In this document: in pieces, positions 10,763-19,104 of the stretch
Layout of the letters: every line of letters starts with the position of its first letter
Numbering within the stretch: position 1 is the first letter of the stretch
Assembly (NCBI GenBank): GCA_963842525.1
Contig: CAWJGT010000007.1
Span: 1-64,000 of the forward strand
Reading direction: 5' to 3'
DNA from: an uncultured Holophagales bacterium
GTDB taxonomy: Bacteria > Acidobacteriota > Thermoanaerobaculia > Multivoradales > UBA5704
Length of the DNA: 64,000 bases
Position numbers and translations under genes: made by a program
The notes under the pieces: model-generated
Databases searched by the model: none
Told to the model about the DNA's origin: nothing
What the model saw: only the letters and a program-made list of their open reading frames with translations

Positions 10763-11953
10763 ATGCTGGCCGACCGCATTCCCGAAATCCAGGCCGCCCT
10801 GGCCGACGCCGGAGTCGACGGGTGGTTCTTCGCCATCTTCCAGAACAACGACCCCATCGGGCTCGACCTCCTCGGGCTGTCCGGCGGGAACAAGCTGGTC
10901 ACCCGCCGCTGCTACTACCTGATCCCGCGGGAAGGTGAGCCGCGCAAGTTGGTCCACGCTCTGGAGCCGGCCATGCTCGACGACCTGCCGGGCGGCAAGT
11001 CGGTCTATCTGACCTGGGAGAAGCACCGCGAGGAATTCGCCAACCTGGTGCAGGGCTTCCCGCGCCTGGCCGCCCAGTACAGCCCGAACAACGAGCTGCC
11101 CAGCGTCTCGCGCCTCGACGCCGGACATGCCGAGCTGCTGCGGCAGGCCGGCGTGGAGCTGGTCTCGGCGGCCGACCTCGCCCAGCGCTTCGCCGCCACC
11201 TGGAGCGGCGAGCAGCTCGCCACCCACCGGCGCGCCCAGGTGCACCTCCACCGCATCGTCCTCGAAGCGTTTCACAGGGTTTCGGACGCACTGCGCAACG
11301 GCGACCAGATCGACGAATACACGGTCCAGCGTTTCATCCTGGACGCCTTCAACCACGCCGGCCTGTGGGCCGAGTCAGACCCGATCGTCGGGGTGAACGC
11401 GCACGCCGCCGATCCGCACTATCAGCCCGGGCCGGACCACACGTCCCCGATCCGCCCGGGCGACTTCCTGCTCATCGACCTATGGGCCAAGGAGAAGCAG
11501 CCGGGCAGCATCTACGGCGACATCACCTGGGTCGGCGTCTGCGCCGCCGCGCCAACCGACAAGCAGCAGGAGGTGTTCGCGGCCGTTATCGGGGGGCGCG
11601 ACGCCGCCTGGGAGCTGATCCGCAGCCGCTATCCCCGGCAGCCAATCCAGGGCTACGAGGTGGACGATGCCGCCCGCGGCTTCATCCGCCAGGCCGGCTA
11701 CGGCGACTTCTTCATCCACCGCACCGGCCATTCGATCGGCACCTCGGACCATGGCCAGGGCGCGAACATGGACAACCTGGAGACCCATGACACGCGGCAG
11801 CTCCTGTCCATGACCGGCTTCTCGATCGAGCCGGGGATCTATCTGCCGGGCGATTTCGGCGTGCGTAGCGAGATCAACGTAGCCCTCACCCGCGAGGCCG
11901 CCGAGATCACCGGCGCCGAGCCCCAGCGCGAGCTGCTGCGGCTGCTGGCATAG
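10763..11953 (+). CDS. M24 family (Xaa-Pro) metallopeptidase
   Basis: DPHY, LLIDLW, GDITW, HRTGHSIG, FSIEPGIY, GVRSE. Confidence 0.9.
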   Translation: MLADRIPEIQAALADAGVDGWFFAIFQNNDPIGLDLLGLSGGNKLVTRRCYYLIPREGEPRKLVHALEPAMLDDLPGGKSVYLTWEKHREEFANLVQGFPRLAAQYSPNNELPSVSRLDAGHAELLRQAGVELVSAADLAQRFAATWSGEQLATHRRAQVHLHRIVLEAFHRVSDALRNGDQIDEYTVQRFILDAFNHAGLWAESDPIVGVNAHAADPHYQPGPDHTSPIRPGDFLLIDLWAKEKQPGSIYGDITWVGVCAAAPTDKQQEVFAAVIGGRDAAWELIRSRYPRQPIQGYEVDDAARGFIRQAGYGDFFIHRTGHSIGTSDHGQGANMDNLETHDTRQLLSMTGFSIEPGIYLPGDFGVRSEINVALTREAAEITGAEPQRELLRLLA

Positions 11954-11976
11954 ACCGCTCGTCCGGCGCGGAGAAG

Positions 11977-12119
11977 CCCTCACCCCCTGGCCCCCCTCTC
12001 CCATCCGCACTCCCTTCCCCCGGGAGAGGGGGGAATACACGATCGGGAAGCTCCGGGTGGGGGACTCCCCTCTCCCGGCGGGTGTGAGTGCGGATGGGAG
12101 AGGGGCCGGGGGTGAGGGG
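11977..12119. repeat. REP/BIME-like long inverted repeat (CCCTCACCCC...GGGGTGAGGG family)
   Basis: Arms CCCTCACCCCC-GGCCCCCCTCTCCCATCCGCACTC and GAGTGCGGATGGGAGAGGGGCCGGGGGTGAGGG; near-identical copy at 60278-60425. Confidence 0.85.
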
Positions 12120-12148
12120 CCCCACAGCCGTTTGTTAATCTCGTCCGT

Positions 12149-13096
12149 ATGTCCGACGTCCCCGACCTGCGCGAGCAGCACCCCGCCGGCGAGTCCTGGC
12201 GGGCGGATGCGCTCGCCCGGAGCGGCCACGGCCGGCTCCTCGAAGAGCTGCGCGAGCCGCAGCAGGACTTCGACGAGGAGCGCGCCCTGGAGCTCTGCGC
12301 CGAGATCTGCCGCAACCTGCTCGGGGACTTCGCGCCGGCCCTGCTCCTCCTGCCGCCGCTGGAGCGCCAGCGCGTCCAGACGCTCCTGGCCTATACCCAT
12401 ACCCTGTTCGACTTCGCGCGCCAGCGCGGCGTCGAAGGGGAGAAGCTCGCCCAGATCAACCGCTGGGAATTCACCCTGGAGGCGGCCCTCTCCGGCCAGC
12501 CCGTCGGGCAACCCATCTTCGTGCGCATGGCGCGCGAGCAGAAGCGCCAAGCCTGGCCCGCCGAGGCCCTGGACGACCTCGCCGCCTGCGCACGCCGTAG
12601 GGCGACGCGCCCGCGGCCGGCCACTCCGGAGGAGGCGGAGGCCGGCGCCGAGCGCCTGGCCCGGTCCGTGGCCGCCGCCCTCCTGGGCCAGGAGCCGCCC
12701 GCCGAGGTCAGCGGTCTCCTGGGAACCCTGGTCCGCATCCGCACCCTGCAGATGCTGGGCGCCGAGATCGACGGCCGCCGCCTCCCTCTGGCCATGAGCG
12801 ATCTGCCGGACGACTGGACCGCCGACCCACAGGGCCGGCCGGATCCACAGCTCCTCTTCGAGGCGGTGCGGAAGGAGTGTGCCCGTCTCCGTCCACGTCT
12901 CCTGCGAGCCCCCCGCGGCCTCGTCGAGCTGCCGCCCGGCTACCGCCGCGCCGCCGTCTTCTGCCTCATGGCCTCCGTCCGCCTCCTCACCGGCATCGAG
13001 GACAGCGACACCGGCCTGCTGCGGACGCCGCCGCAGCTCGGGCTCCTGTCGAGGCTGGGGTTTCTGATGCGGGCGCGGTGGTTGCGGGGGGTGTGA
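12149..13096 (+). CDS. squalene/phytoene synthase-like protein (degenerate motifs)
   Basis: ALELCAEICR..FAPALLLLP...LLAY..TLFD N-terminal pattern and GRRLPL..L late motif; no clear DxxxD motifs. Confidence 0.55.
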   Translation: MSDVPDLREQHPAGESWRADALARSGHGRLLEELREPQQDFDEERALELCAEICRNLLGDFAPALLLLPPLERQRVQTLLAYTHTLFDFARQRGVEGEKLAQINRWEFTLEAALSGQPVGQPIFVRMAREQKRQAWPAEALDDLAACARRRATRPRPATPEEAEAGAERLARSVAAALLGQEPPAEVSGLLGTLVRIRTLQMLGAEIDGRRLPLAMSDLPDDWTADPQGRPDPQLLFEAVRKECARLRPRLLRAPRGLVELPPGYRRAAVFCLMASVRLLTGIEDSDTGLLRTPPQLGLLSRLGFLMRARWLRGV

Positions 13097-13100
13097 GGCC

Positions 13101-13577
13101 TCACCCCCGCCCAATTTCCTCAACCAGTTCGGCGCTGACCAACACGCGGATTCCGTGGCGCAGCAAGGGGGTGAAATGGCGACGGTTTTCGGTGGTCACA
13201 AGCCGCGCACCGGCCTGTCGTGCGATCTCGGCGATGTGCGCATCGTAGATCCTGCCGCCGGTCGTGCCCTCCCCTGCCGCGGATACCAGAAACTCCTCTT
13301 GCAGCTCCGCCGGAAGGCCATGGATTGAAAAGCGCGGGAAGATCTCCTCCCGCAGGAACTGCAGGGCGACTTGCGGATCGAGGCGGTATTCTTCCGGCAG
13401 GCGCGTCGTCACCGAATAGAACTCGAGACAACAGTGCCAAGCAGTCAGCGGGCGCTCGATGCGGCCATCCGCGACCGCATCCATCAGAAGGAGGGGGTCC
13501 TGCGATTTACTGCCTAAATCGATGACACCGGCGACGAGCACACTGGTATCGAAGAAGGCGCCCCTCAGCCCGGCCAC
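13101..13577 (-). CDS. vapC: PIN-domain (VapC-like) toxin
   Basis: FFDTSVLVA, EFYSV.TR, GGRIYDAHIA, TENRRHF. Confidence 0.88.
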   Translation of the reverse strand: MAGLRGAFFDTSVLVAGVIDLGSKSQDPLLLMDAVADGRIERPLTAWHCCLEFYSVTTRLPEEYRLDPQVALQFLREEIFPRFSIHGLPAELQEEFLVSAAGEGTTGGRIYDAHIAEIARQAGARLVTTENRRHFTPLLRHGIRVLVSAELVEEIGRG

Positions 13578-13822
13578 CGGTCCCGCTCCTCTTCGATCAA
13601 CCTTGCCACGTCGATCTCGGCGCGCACCCCCTCCGCAACCCGGGGCCGGGCAATCAGGCGCTCACCGCGCCGCACGAGCTCAGGACCCGCCACCGCCCGG
13701 ACAAGGCGAATGGCAAAGCCCTCAATGATCATCTCAAGCTCTGAACCGGCGGTAAGCCCCAGCCGCTTGCGCACCTCTGCAGGGATGATTACGCGTCCTG
13801 CCTTGTCAATGGTTGTCGTCAT
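13565..13822 (-). CDS. AbrB/MazE/SpoVT antitoxin
   Basis: TTIDKAGRVIIPAEVRKRLGL..G; overlaps the toxin start. Confidence 0.9.
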   Translation of the reverse strand: MTTTIDKAGRVIIPAEVRKRLGLTAGSELEMIIEGFAIRLVRAVAGPELVRRGERLIARPRVAEGVRAEIDVARLIEEERDRWPG

Positions 13823-14018
13823 GGCTGTAGCGTACCATGCCTTTGCCACTCGTATGCCATATCACACGGCACAGGCCGCGGGCTGACGCTTCGGGCATTC
13901 GCACCCAAGAAACCCAAGCCGCTCGCAGGTTTTGCGCTCGCAGCGGGGCGGAGCCGTCGATTTCGCTTCGAACGCTTCGTCCGCGTCCCGCCTCTTCCGG
14001 TCGGGGGTAGGGCGACGG

Positions 14019-14681
14019 CTACCCCGGCTCCACGAAGATCTTCGACGCCGCCCGGAACCCCAGGCTCAGAGGCTCGCCGGTGCCGAGGTGGAGCTCGACG
14101 GCGTCGGCCGCTTCGTCGCGGCCTTCGACGTAGAGCTCGCTGCCGGGCTTCAGGCCCCGCCTCTCCAGGAGCTGCAGGAACTCGCGGCTCTGGTCGGCCA
14201 CCCGGGCCACCCGCACCGGCTTGGCGAGGTCGCAGGTCAGCAGGCTCGGCAGGTCCGGGACCTCGATCACTCCGTGGACGTCCGGGATGGGATCGCCGTG
14301 CGGATCGACCGAGGGCGACCCCAGCATCTCATCCATCCGCTGGATCAGCCGGTCGGAGGCCGCGTGCTCCAGCTCCTCGGCCTCGGAGTGTACCTCGCTC
14401 CAGTCCATCCCCATGATCCTGACCAGGAACAGCTCGATCAGCCGGTGCCGCCGCAGCACGTGCGCCGCGAGCTGCTGGCCCGGCGGGGTCAGGCGTACGC
14501 CGCTGTACGGCTCGTAGGTGAGCAGGCCGCTGTCCGCCAGGGTCTTGACCATGGCCGTCACCGTCCCCGGCGCCACTTTGAGCGCCGCGCCGATCTGGCC
14601 CATGGAGACGAGCCGGTCCGGATCGCTCTGCTGCTCCAGGAGGATGCACTTGAGGTAGTCCTCGACCGTGCTCGTCGGCAT
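14019..14681 (-). CDS. mntR: DtxR/MntR family metal-dependent repressor with FeoA-like C-terminal domain
   Basis: TVEDYLKCI, TVTAMVK.L, LRRHRLIELFL, HSEAEELEH, DPHGDPIP. Confidence 0.92.
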   Translation of the reverse strand: MPTSTVEDYLKCILLEQQSDPDRLVSMGQIGAALKVAPGTVTAMVKTLADSGLLTYEPYSGVRLTPPGQQLAAHVLRRHRLIELFLVRIMGMDWSEVHSEAEELEHAASDRLIQRMDEMLGSPSVDPHGDPIPDVHGVIEVPDLPSLLTCDLAKPVRVARVADQSREFLQLLERRGLKPGSELYVEGRDEAADAVELHLGTGEPLSLGFRAASKIFVEPG

Positions 14682-14716
14682 GAAGGAGAGCCTACCACTC
14701 TTCGGCTGTCCCCCTC

Positions 14717-14762
14717 TTGACATTTCGCCAGCTCGGGACAATAATTTTGATATGCCAAAAAA
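14717..14762 (+). promoter_or_regulatory. sigma70 promoter and MntR-like operator overlapping the troA start
   Basis: TTGACA(14717)-17-AATAAT(14740); imperfect palindrome TTTTGATATGCCAAAA spans the ATG at 14752. Confidence 0.65.
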
Positions 14763-15684
14763 CCGCCGGCTCCTCGTCCCGCTCCTTCTCCTCCCTTTCG
14801 CGCTGCTTGGTTGCGGCGGCGAGAAGGGCTCCACGCCGCGCCGCGAGGGACCTCTCCGGGTGGTCGCCACGACCAGCATCATCGCGGACACGACCCGGCG
14901 GATCGCGGGTGAGCACGCCCAGATCGAGGCGCTGATGGGCCCGGGGGTCGACCCCCACCTCTACAAGGCGAGCGAGAGCGATGTCCGCCGGCTGTCCGAG
15001 GCGGACCTGGTCCTCTACAACGGGCTCCATCTGGAAGGGAAGATGGGCGACATCCTGACCAAGATGGCGCGCAGCCGGCCGGTGGCGGCGGTCTCCGAGG
15101 ACATCCCGCAGGGCCAGCTCCGCGAGCCGCCCGAGTTCGCCGGCCAGTACGACCCGCACGTCTGGTTCGACGTCTCCCTGTGGGCGACGACCCTGCAGCC
15201 GATCGCGCGCGAGCTGGCGGCCCTCGACCCGGAGCACGCGGAGACGTTCAAGGCCAACGCCGCGGCCCTGGAGAAGGAGCTGAACGAGCTCGACGCCTGG
15301 GTGAAGCAGCAGATCGCGACGATCCCGAAGGCGCAGCGGGTCCTGGTCACCGCCCACGACGCCTTCGGCTATTTCGGCCGGCGTTACGACATGGACGTCG
15401 TCGGCCTTCAGGGGATCAGCACCCTCTCCGAGGCCGGGCTCAAGGACGTCGACCGGGTGGTGGGGATCGTCATCGACCGCGGGGTCAAGGCGATCTTCGT
15501 GGAGTCGAGCGTGCCCCGGCGCTCCATCGAGGCGGTGCAGGCGGCCGTACGGTCACGCGGCAAGGAGGTGGCCATCGGCGGCCAGCTCTTCTCCGACTCT
15601 CTCGGCGCCGCGAACGGCCCCGCGGGGACCTATCCCGGGATGGTCCGTACCAATGTGACCACCATCGTCGACGCGCTCAAGTAG
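14752..15684 (+). CDS. troA: Mn/Zn/Fe ABC transporter substrate-binding lipoprotein
   Basis: LLGC lipobox, GVDPHLY, NGLHLE, DPHVWFD, TAHDAFGYF, LFSDSLG. Confidence 0.93.
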   Translation: MPKNRRLLVPLLLLPFALLGCGGEKGSTPRREGPLRVVATTSIIADTTRRIAGEHAQIEALMGPGVDPHLYKASESDVRRLSEADLVLYNGLHLEGKMGDILTKMARSRPVAAVSEDIPQGQLREPPEFAGQYDPHVWFDVSLWATTLQPIARELAALDPEHAETFKANAAALEKELNELDAWVKQQIATIPKAQRVLVTAHDAFGYFGRRYDMDVVGLQGISTLSEAGLKDVDRVVGIVIDRGVKAIFVESSVPRRSIEAVQAAVRSRGKEVAIGGQLFSDSLGAANGPAGTYPGMVRTNVTTIVDALK

Positions 15685-15690
15685 GAGGAC

Positions 15691-16554
15691 ATGATGACGA
15701 GCGTTCCCCTGAGTCAGGTCCCCCTGTCGTCCCCATCCCCCTCCTCCCCCTCGTCACCGCGTGACGAGTCCCGGCCTGTTGCGGTCGCCCGGACGCCGGC
15801 GATCGAGGTGCATGACCTGACCGTCGCCTACCGCACCCAGCCCGTGCTCTGGGACGTGGACCTCCAATTCCCGGAGGGGCAGCTCATCGCCATCGTCGGC
15901 CCCAACGGCGCCGGCAAGAGCACGCTGCTCAAGGCGATGCTGGGCCTGGTCCGACCCGTCACCGGCTGGGTGCAGATCTTCGGCGAGCCCTACGTCCGCC
16001 GCCGCTCCTGGGTGGGGTACGTGCCGCAGCGCGAGAGCGTCGACTGGGACTTTCCGACCAGCGCCCTCGACGTGGTGACCATGGGCCTCTATGGCCGGAT
16101 CGGCTGGTTCCGCCGGCCGTCCCGCCACCACCGCGAGACGGCCCTCGCCTGCCTGGACAAGGTCGGCATGAAGGACCTCGCCCACCGCCAGATCAGCCAG
16201 CTTTCGGGCGGCCAGCAGCAGCGGGTGTTCCTCGCCCGCGCCCTGGCCCAGGACGCGCGGCTCTACCTGATGGACGAGCCGTTCGCCGGCGTCGACGCCA
16301 CCACCGAGCGGGCCATCCTCACCCTGCTCAAGGAGCTGCGCAGCAGCGGACGCACCGTGGTGGCGGTCCACCACGACCTGCAGACCGTCGCCGAGTACTT
16401 CGACTACGTCGTGCTGCTCAACATGCGGCTGGTGGCGGCCGGGCCGGTGGCCACCACGTTCACCGCCGAGAACCTCCAGCGCACCTACGGCGGCCGGTTG
16501 ACCGTGCTCGCCCAGGCCGCCGATGCGCTGCTCCAGAAGCGGCCGGGGAGCTGA
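15691..16554 (+). CDS. troB: metal ABC transporter ATP-binding protein
   Basis: [47 protein letters not shown]. Confidence 0.93.
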   Translation: MMTSVPLSQVPLSSPSPSSPSSPRDESRPVAVARTPAIEVHDLTVAYRTQPVLWDVDLQFPEGQLIAIVGPNGAGKSTLLKAMLGLVRPVTGWVQIFGEPYVRRRSWVGYVPQRESVDWDFPTSALDVVTMGLYGRIGWFRRPSRHHRETALACLDKVGMKDLAHRQISQLSGGQQQRVFLARALAQDARLYLMDEPFAGVDATTERAILTLLKELRSSGRTVVAVHHDLQTVAEYFDYVVLLNMRLVAAGPVATTFTAENLQRTYGGRLTVLAQAADALLQKRPGS

Positions 16555-16562
16555 GGCTCGCG

Positions 16563-17837
16563 ATGGAGCTGAGCTTCACCGCCCGCAACGTCCTGCTCGG
16601 CGCCACGATGCTCGGCGCTCTGGGCGGCATGATCGGCAGCTTCGCCCTGCTGCGCCGCCAGAGCCTGCTCGGCGACGCCCTGGCCCACGCCGCCCTGCCG
16701 GGCGTCTGCCTGGCCTTCCTGCTGACCGGGACCAAATCGCCCCTGCCGCTCTTCCTCGGCGCACTGGTGGCCGGCCTGCTCGGCTCGCTCCTGATCCTCG
16801 CCACGGTGCGCTGGAGCCGGATCAAGGAGGACTCGGCCATCGGCATCATCCTTTCGGTCTTCTTCGGCGTCGGCATCGTCCTGCTCACCTATATCCAGAA
16901 GCTGCCGGCGGGCAACCAGAGCGGCCTCGACAAATACCTGTTCGGCCAGGCGGCCACGCTGGTGGAGGACGACCTGAAGGTCATGGCCGTCCTGGGAGCC
17001 CTCGTGCTCGCCGCCGTGCTGGCCTTCTACAAGGAGCTCAAGCTCCTCTCCTTCGATCCGGGCTTCGGCGCCAGCCTTGGCCTGCCGATGCGCGGCCTCG
17101 AGGTCCTGCTCACCTTGCTCCTGGTGGTGGTCGTGGTGGTGGGGCTCCAGACCGTGGGCGTGGTGCTCATCGTGGCGACCCTGATCACCCCGGCCGCCGC
17201 GGCGCGCCAGTGGACCGACCGTCTGGGCGCGATGGTCCTGCTCTCGGCGACCATCGGTGCTCTGGCCGGCGTGGCGGGCTCCCTCGCCAGCGCCATGGTG
17301 CCGCGCCTGCCCACCGGCCCGGTCATCGTGGTCGCCTCCTCCGGCGTGCTGATGGTCTCGCTGCTCTTCGCGCCGCGGCGTGGGCTGGTGCAAGAGATCC
17401 TGCGCGAGCGGCAGGTCGCCAACCGCATCCGGCGCGAAAACCTGCTTCGCGACATCTATCTCCAAGGCGAGCGGGGGAAGGGGTGGGAGGAGCTCGTCTC
17501 CTGGCCCCTTCTGATGGGTCTGCGCGGCCTGAGTGGACGCGAGCTCGAGAAGACCGCCCGCGCTCTCGCCGCCGCCAGCCTGGTCGAGCGCCGGGGCGAC
17601 GACCTGCGGCTCACCCCCGCGGGGCTCGAGGAGGCCGAGGCCGTGGTGCGCAAGCACCGTCTCTGGGAGGTCTACCTGACCCGCCGGCTCGAGCTGCCGA
17701 GCGACCACGTCCACCGCGACGCCGAGGCCATGGAGCACGCCCTCTCCGAGCAGGCGGTGGCGGACCTCGAAGAGGCGCTGGGCTTCCCTACGATGGACCC
17801 GCACGGGCGGGCGATCCCAGCGCGGAGGACGGCATGA
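16563..17837 (+). CDS. troC: metal ABC permease fused to a C-terminal DtxR-like domain
   Basis: LLGDALAHAALPG permease motif; C-terminus RKHRLWEVYL...HRDAEAMEH...DPHGRAIP. Confidence 0.9.
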   Translation: MELSFTARNVLLGATMLGALGGMIGSFALLRRQSLLGDALAHAALPGVCLAFLLTGTKSPLPLFLGALVAGLLGSLLILATVRWSRIKEDSAIGIILSVFFGVGIVLLTYIQKLPAGNQSGLDKYLFGQAATLVEDDLKVMAVLGALVLAAVLAFYKELKLLSFDPGFGASLGLPMRGLEVLLTLLLVVVVVVGLQTVGVVLIVATLITPAAAARQWTDRLGAMVLLSATIGALAGVAGSLASAMVPRLPTGPVIVVASSGVLMVSLLFAPRRGLVQEILRERQVANRIRRENLLRDIYLQGERGKGWEELVSWPLLMGLRGLSGRELEKTARALAAASLVERRGDDLRLTPAGLEEAEAVVRKHRLWEVYLTRRLELPSDHVHRDAEAMEHALSEQAVADLEEALGFPTMDPHGRAIPARRTA

Positions 17838-18940
17838 ACCCGACCCTCGTCATCCTCCTGACCGGTAGCTTCGTGGCCGCGGCCTGCGCCCTTGTGGGCT
17901 CCTTTCTGGTCCTGCGCAAGATGGCGCTCCTGGGCGACGCCATCAGCCATGCCGTGCTCCCGGGGATCGCCATCGCCTTCCTGCTCACCGGCACCCGGGC
18001 GGTCCTCCCCATGGTCCTCGGGGCCGGCGTCCTCGGCGTCATCACGGTGCTGCTCGTCGAGATGTTCAACCGCAGCCGCCGCCTGCGCGAGGACGCCTCG
18101 ATCGGCGTCGTCTTCCCGGCCCTGTTCTCGCTCGGCGTGATCCTGATCAGCCGCTACGCCGCGCAGGTGGATTTGGACCTCGACTGCGTCCTCTACGGCG
18201 AGATCGCCTACGCCCCCTGGGACACGCTGATCCTGGGCGGCCGCGAGCTCGGCCCCAAGGCCCTCTGGGTCACCGGCGGCGTGCTGCTCCTCGTCCTCAC
18301 CCTGGTGCTGATCCTCTACAAGGAGCTTGCGCTCTCGACCTTCGACGCCGGGCTCGCCGCCACGCTCGGCTTCTCGCCGGTCCTCCTCCACTACCTGCTG
18401 ATGAGCGCCGTCTCGGTCACGGTGGTGGGCTCCTTCGAGTCGGTCGGGGCGATCCTGGTGGTGGCGATGCTGATCGTGCCGCCGGCCACCGCCTATCTGT
18501 TGACCGAGCGCCTCGACCGGATGCTCATCCTGGCCGTGCTTCTGGGCGTCGTCTCGGCCTGCGGCGGCTACGGCCTCGCCCGCTGGTGGGACGCCTCGAT
18601 CGCCGGCGCCATGGCCACCGTGGCCGGCATGCTCTTCCTCGGCGCGCTCCTCTTCTCGCCCGGGCACGGCCTGCTGGCCTGGGTGCTGATCCTGCGGCGG
18701 ATGAGAGGCCGCCTCTCGGGGCAGCTCCTCCTCCTGCACCTCCAGAAAGGGGAATCGGTCGTGCCGGTGGCGACCCTGGAGCGGCGTTTCGGCTGGAGCC
18801 CGCTGCGCCTGCGCAAAGTCCTCGCCACCCTCCTCCGCGCCGGCTGGGTCGAAATGGAAGGCGACGGCCTCCGCCTGACCGCCAGCGGCGCCCAGGTGCT
18901 GGAAACGTCAGGCCGGGCCCAACTCGCGCATCCGTTGTAG
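17834..18940 (+). CDS. troD: metal ABC permease with short C-terminal winged-helix-like extension
   Basis: ATG 17834 overlaps the troC stop; LLGDAISHAVLPG, DLDCVLYGEI, FESVGAILV; tail ...GWVEMEGDGLRLTASG. Confidence 0.9.
   Translation: MNPTLVILLTGSFVAAACALVGSFLVLRKMALLGDAISHAVLPGIAIAFLLTGTRAVLPMVLGAGVLGVITVLLVEMFNRSRRLREDASIGVVFPALFSLGVILISRYAAQVDLDLDCVLYGEIAYAPWDTLILGGRELGPKALWVTGGVLLLVLTLVLILYKELALSTFDAGLAATLGFSPVLLHYLLMSAVSVTVVGSFESVGAILVVAMLIVPPATAYLLTERLDRMLILAVLLGVVSACGGYGLARWWDASIAGAMATVAGMLFLGALLFSPGHGLLAWVLILRRMRGRLSGQLLLLHLQKGESVVPVATLERRFGWSPLRLRKVLATLLRAGWVEMEGDGLRLTASGAQVLETSGRAQLAHPL
18238..18937 (+). repeat. ~700-bp direct repeat, copy 1 (troD 3' part)
   Basis: Colinear with 23523-24222 at offset 5285, with scattered substitutions. 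Confidence 0.92.
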
Positions 18941-19104
18941 ACCGGAAAGTGGGGCGCGCCGCGCGGAGAGATCGATCTTGTGATCAATTTTTTGACCTTC
19001 GTCATGTTTGCCGTGGCGACGGCATTGATACTTGCGCGCTTGCGGTGCCTGTCCACTGATCTCCGCGCGTAACGACCTATCGGAGAAAACTGTAACGTTG
19101 CGGC

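Noticed and set aside
18970-19010. FNR/CRP-like site TTGAC-N4-GTCAT
   Set aside because: Lies between convergent genes with nothing to regulate; weak match.
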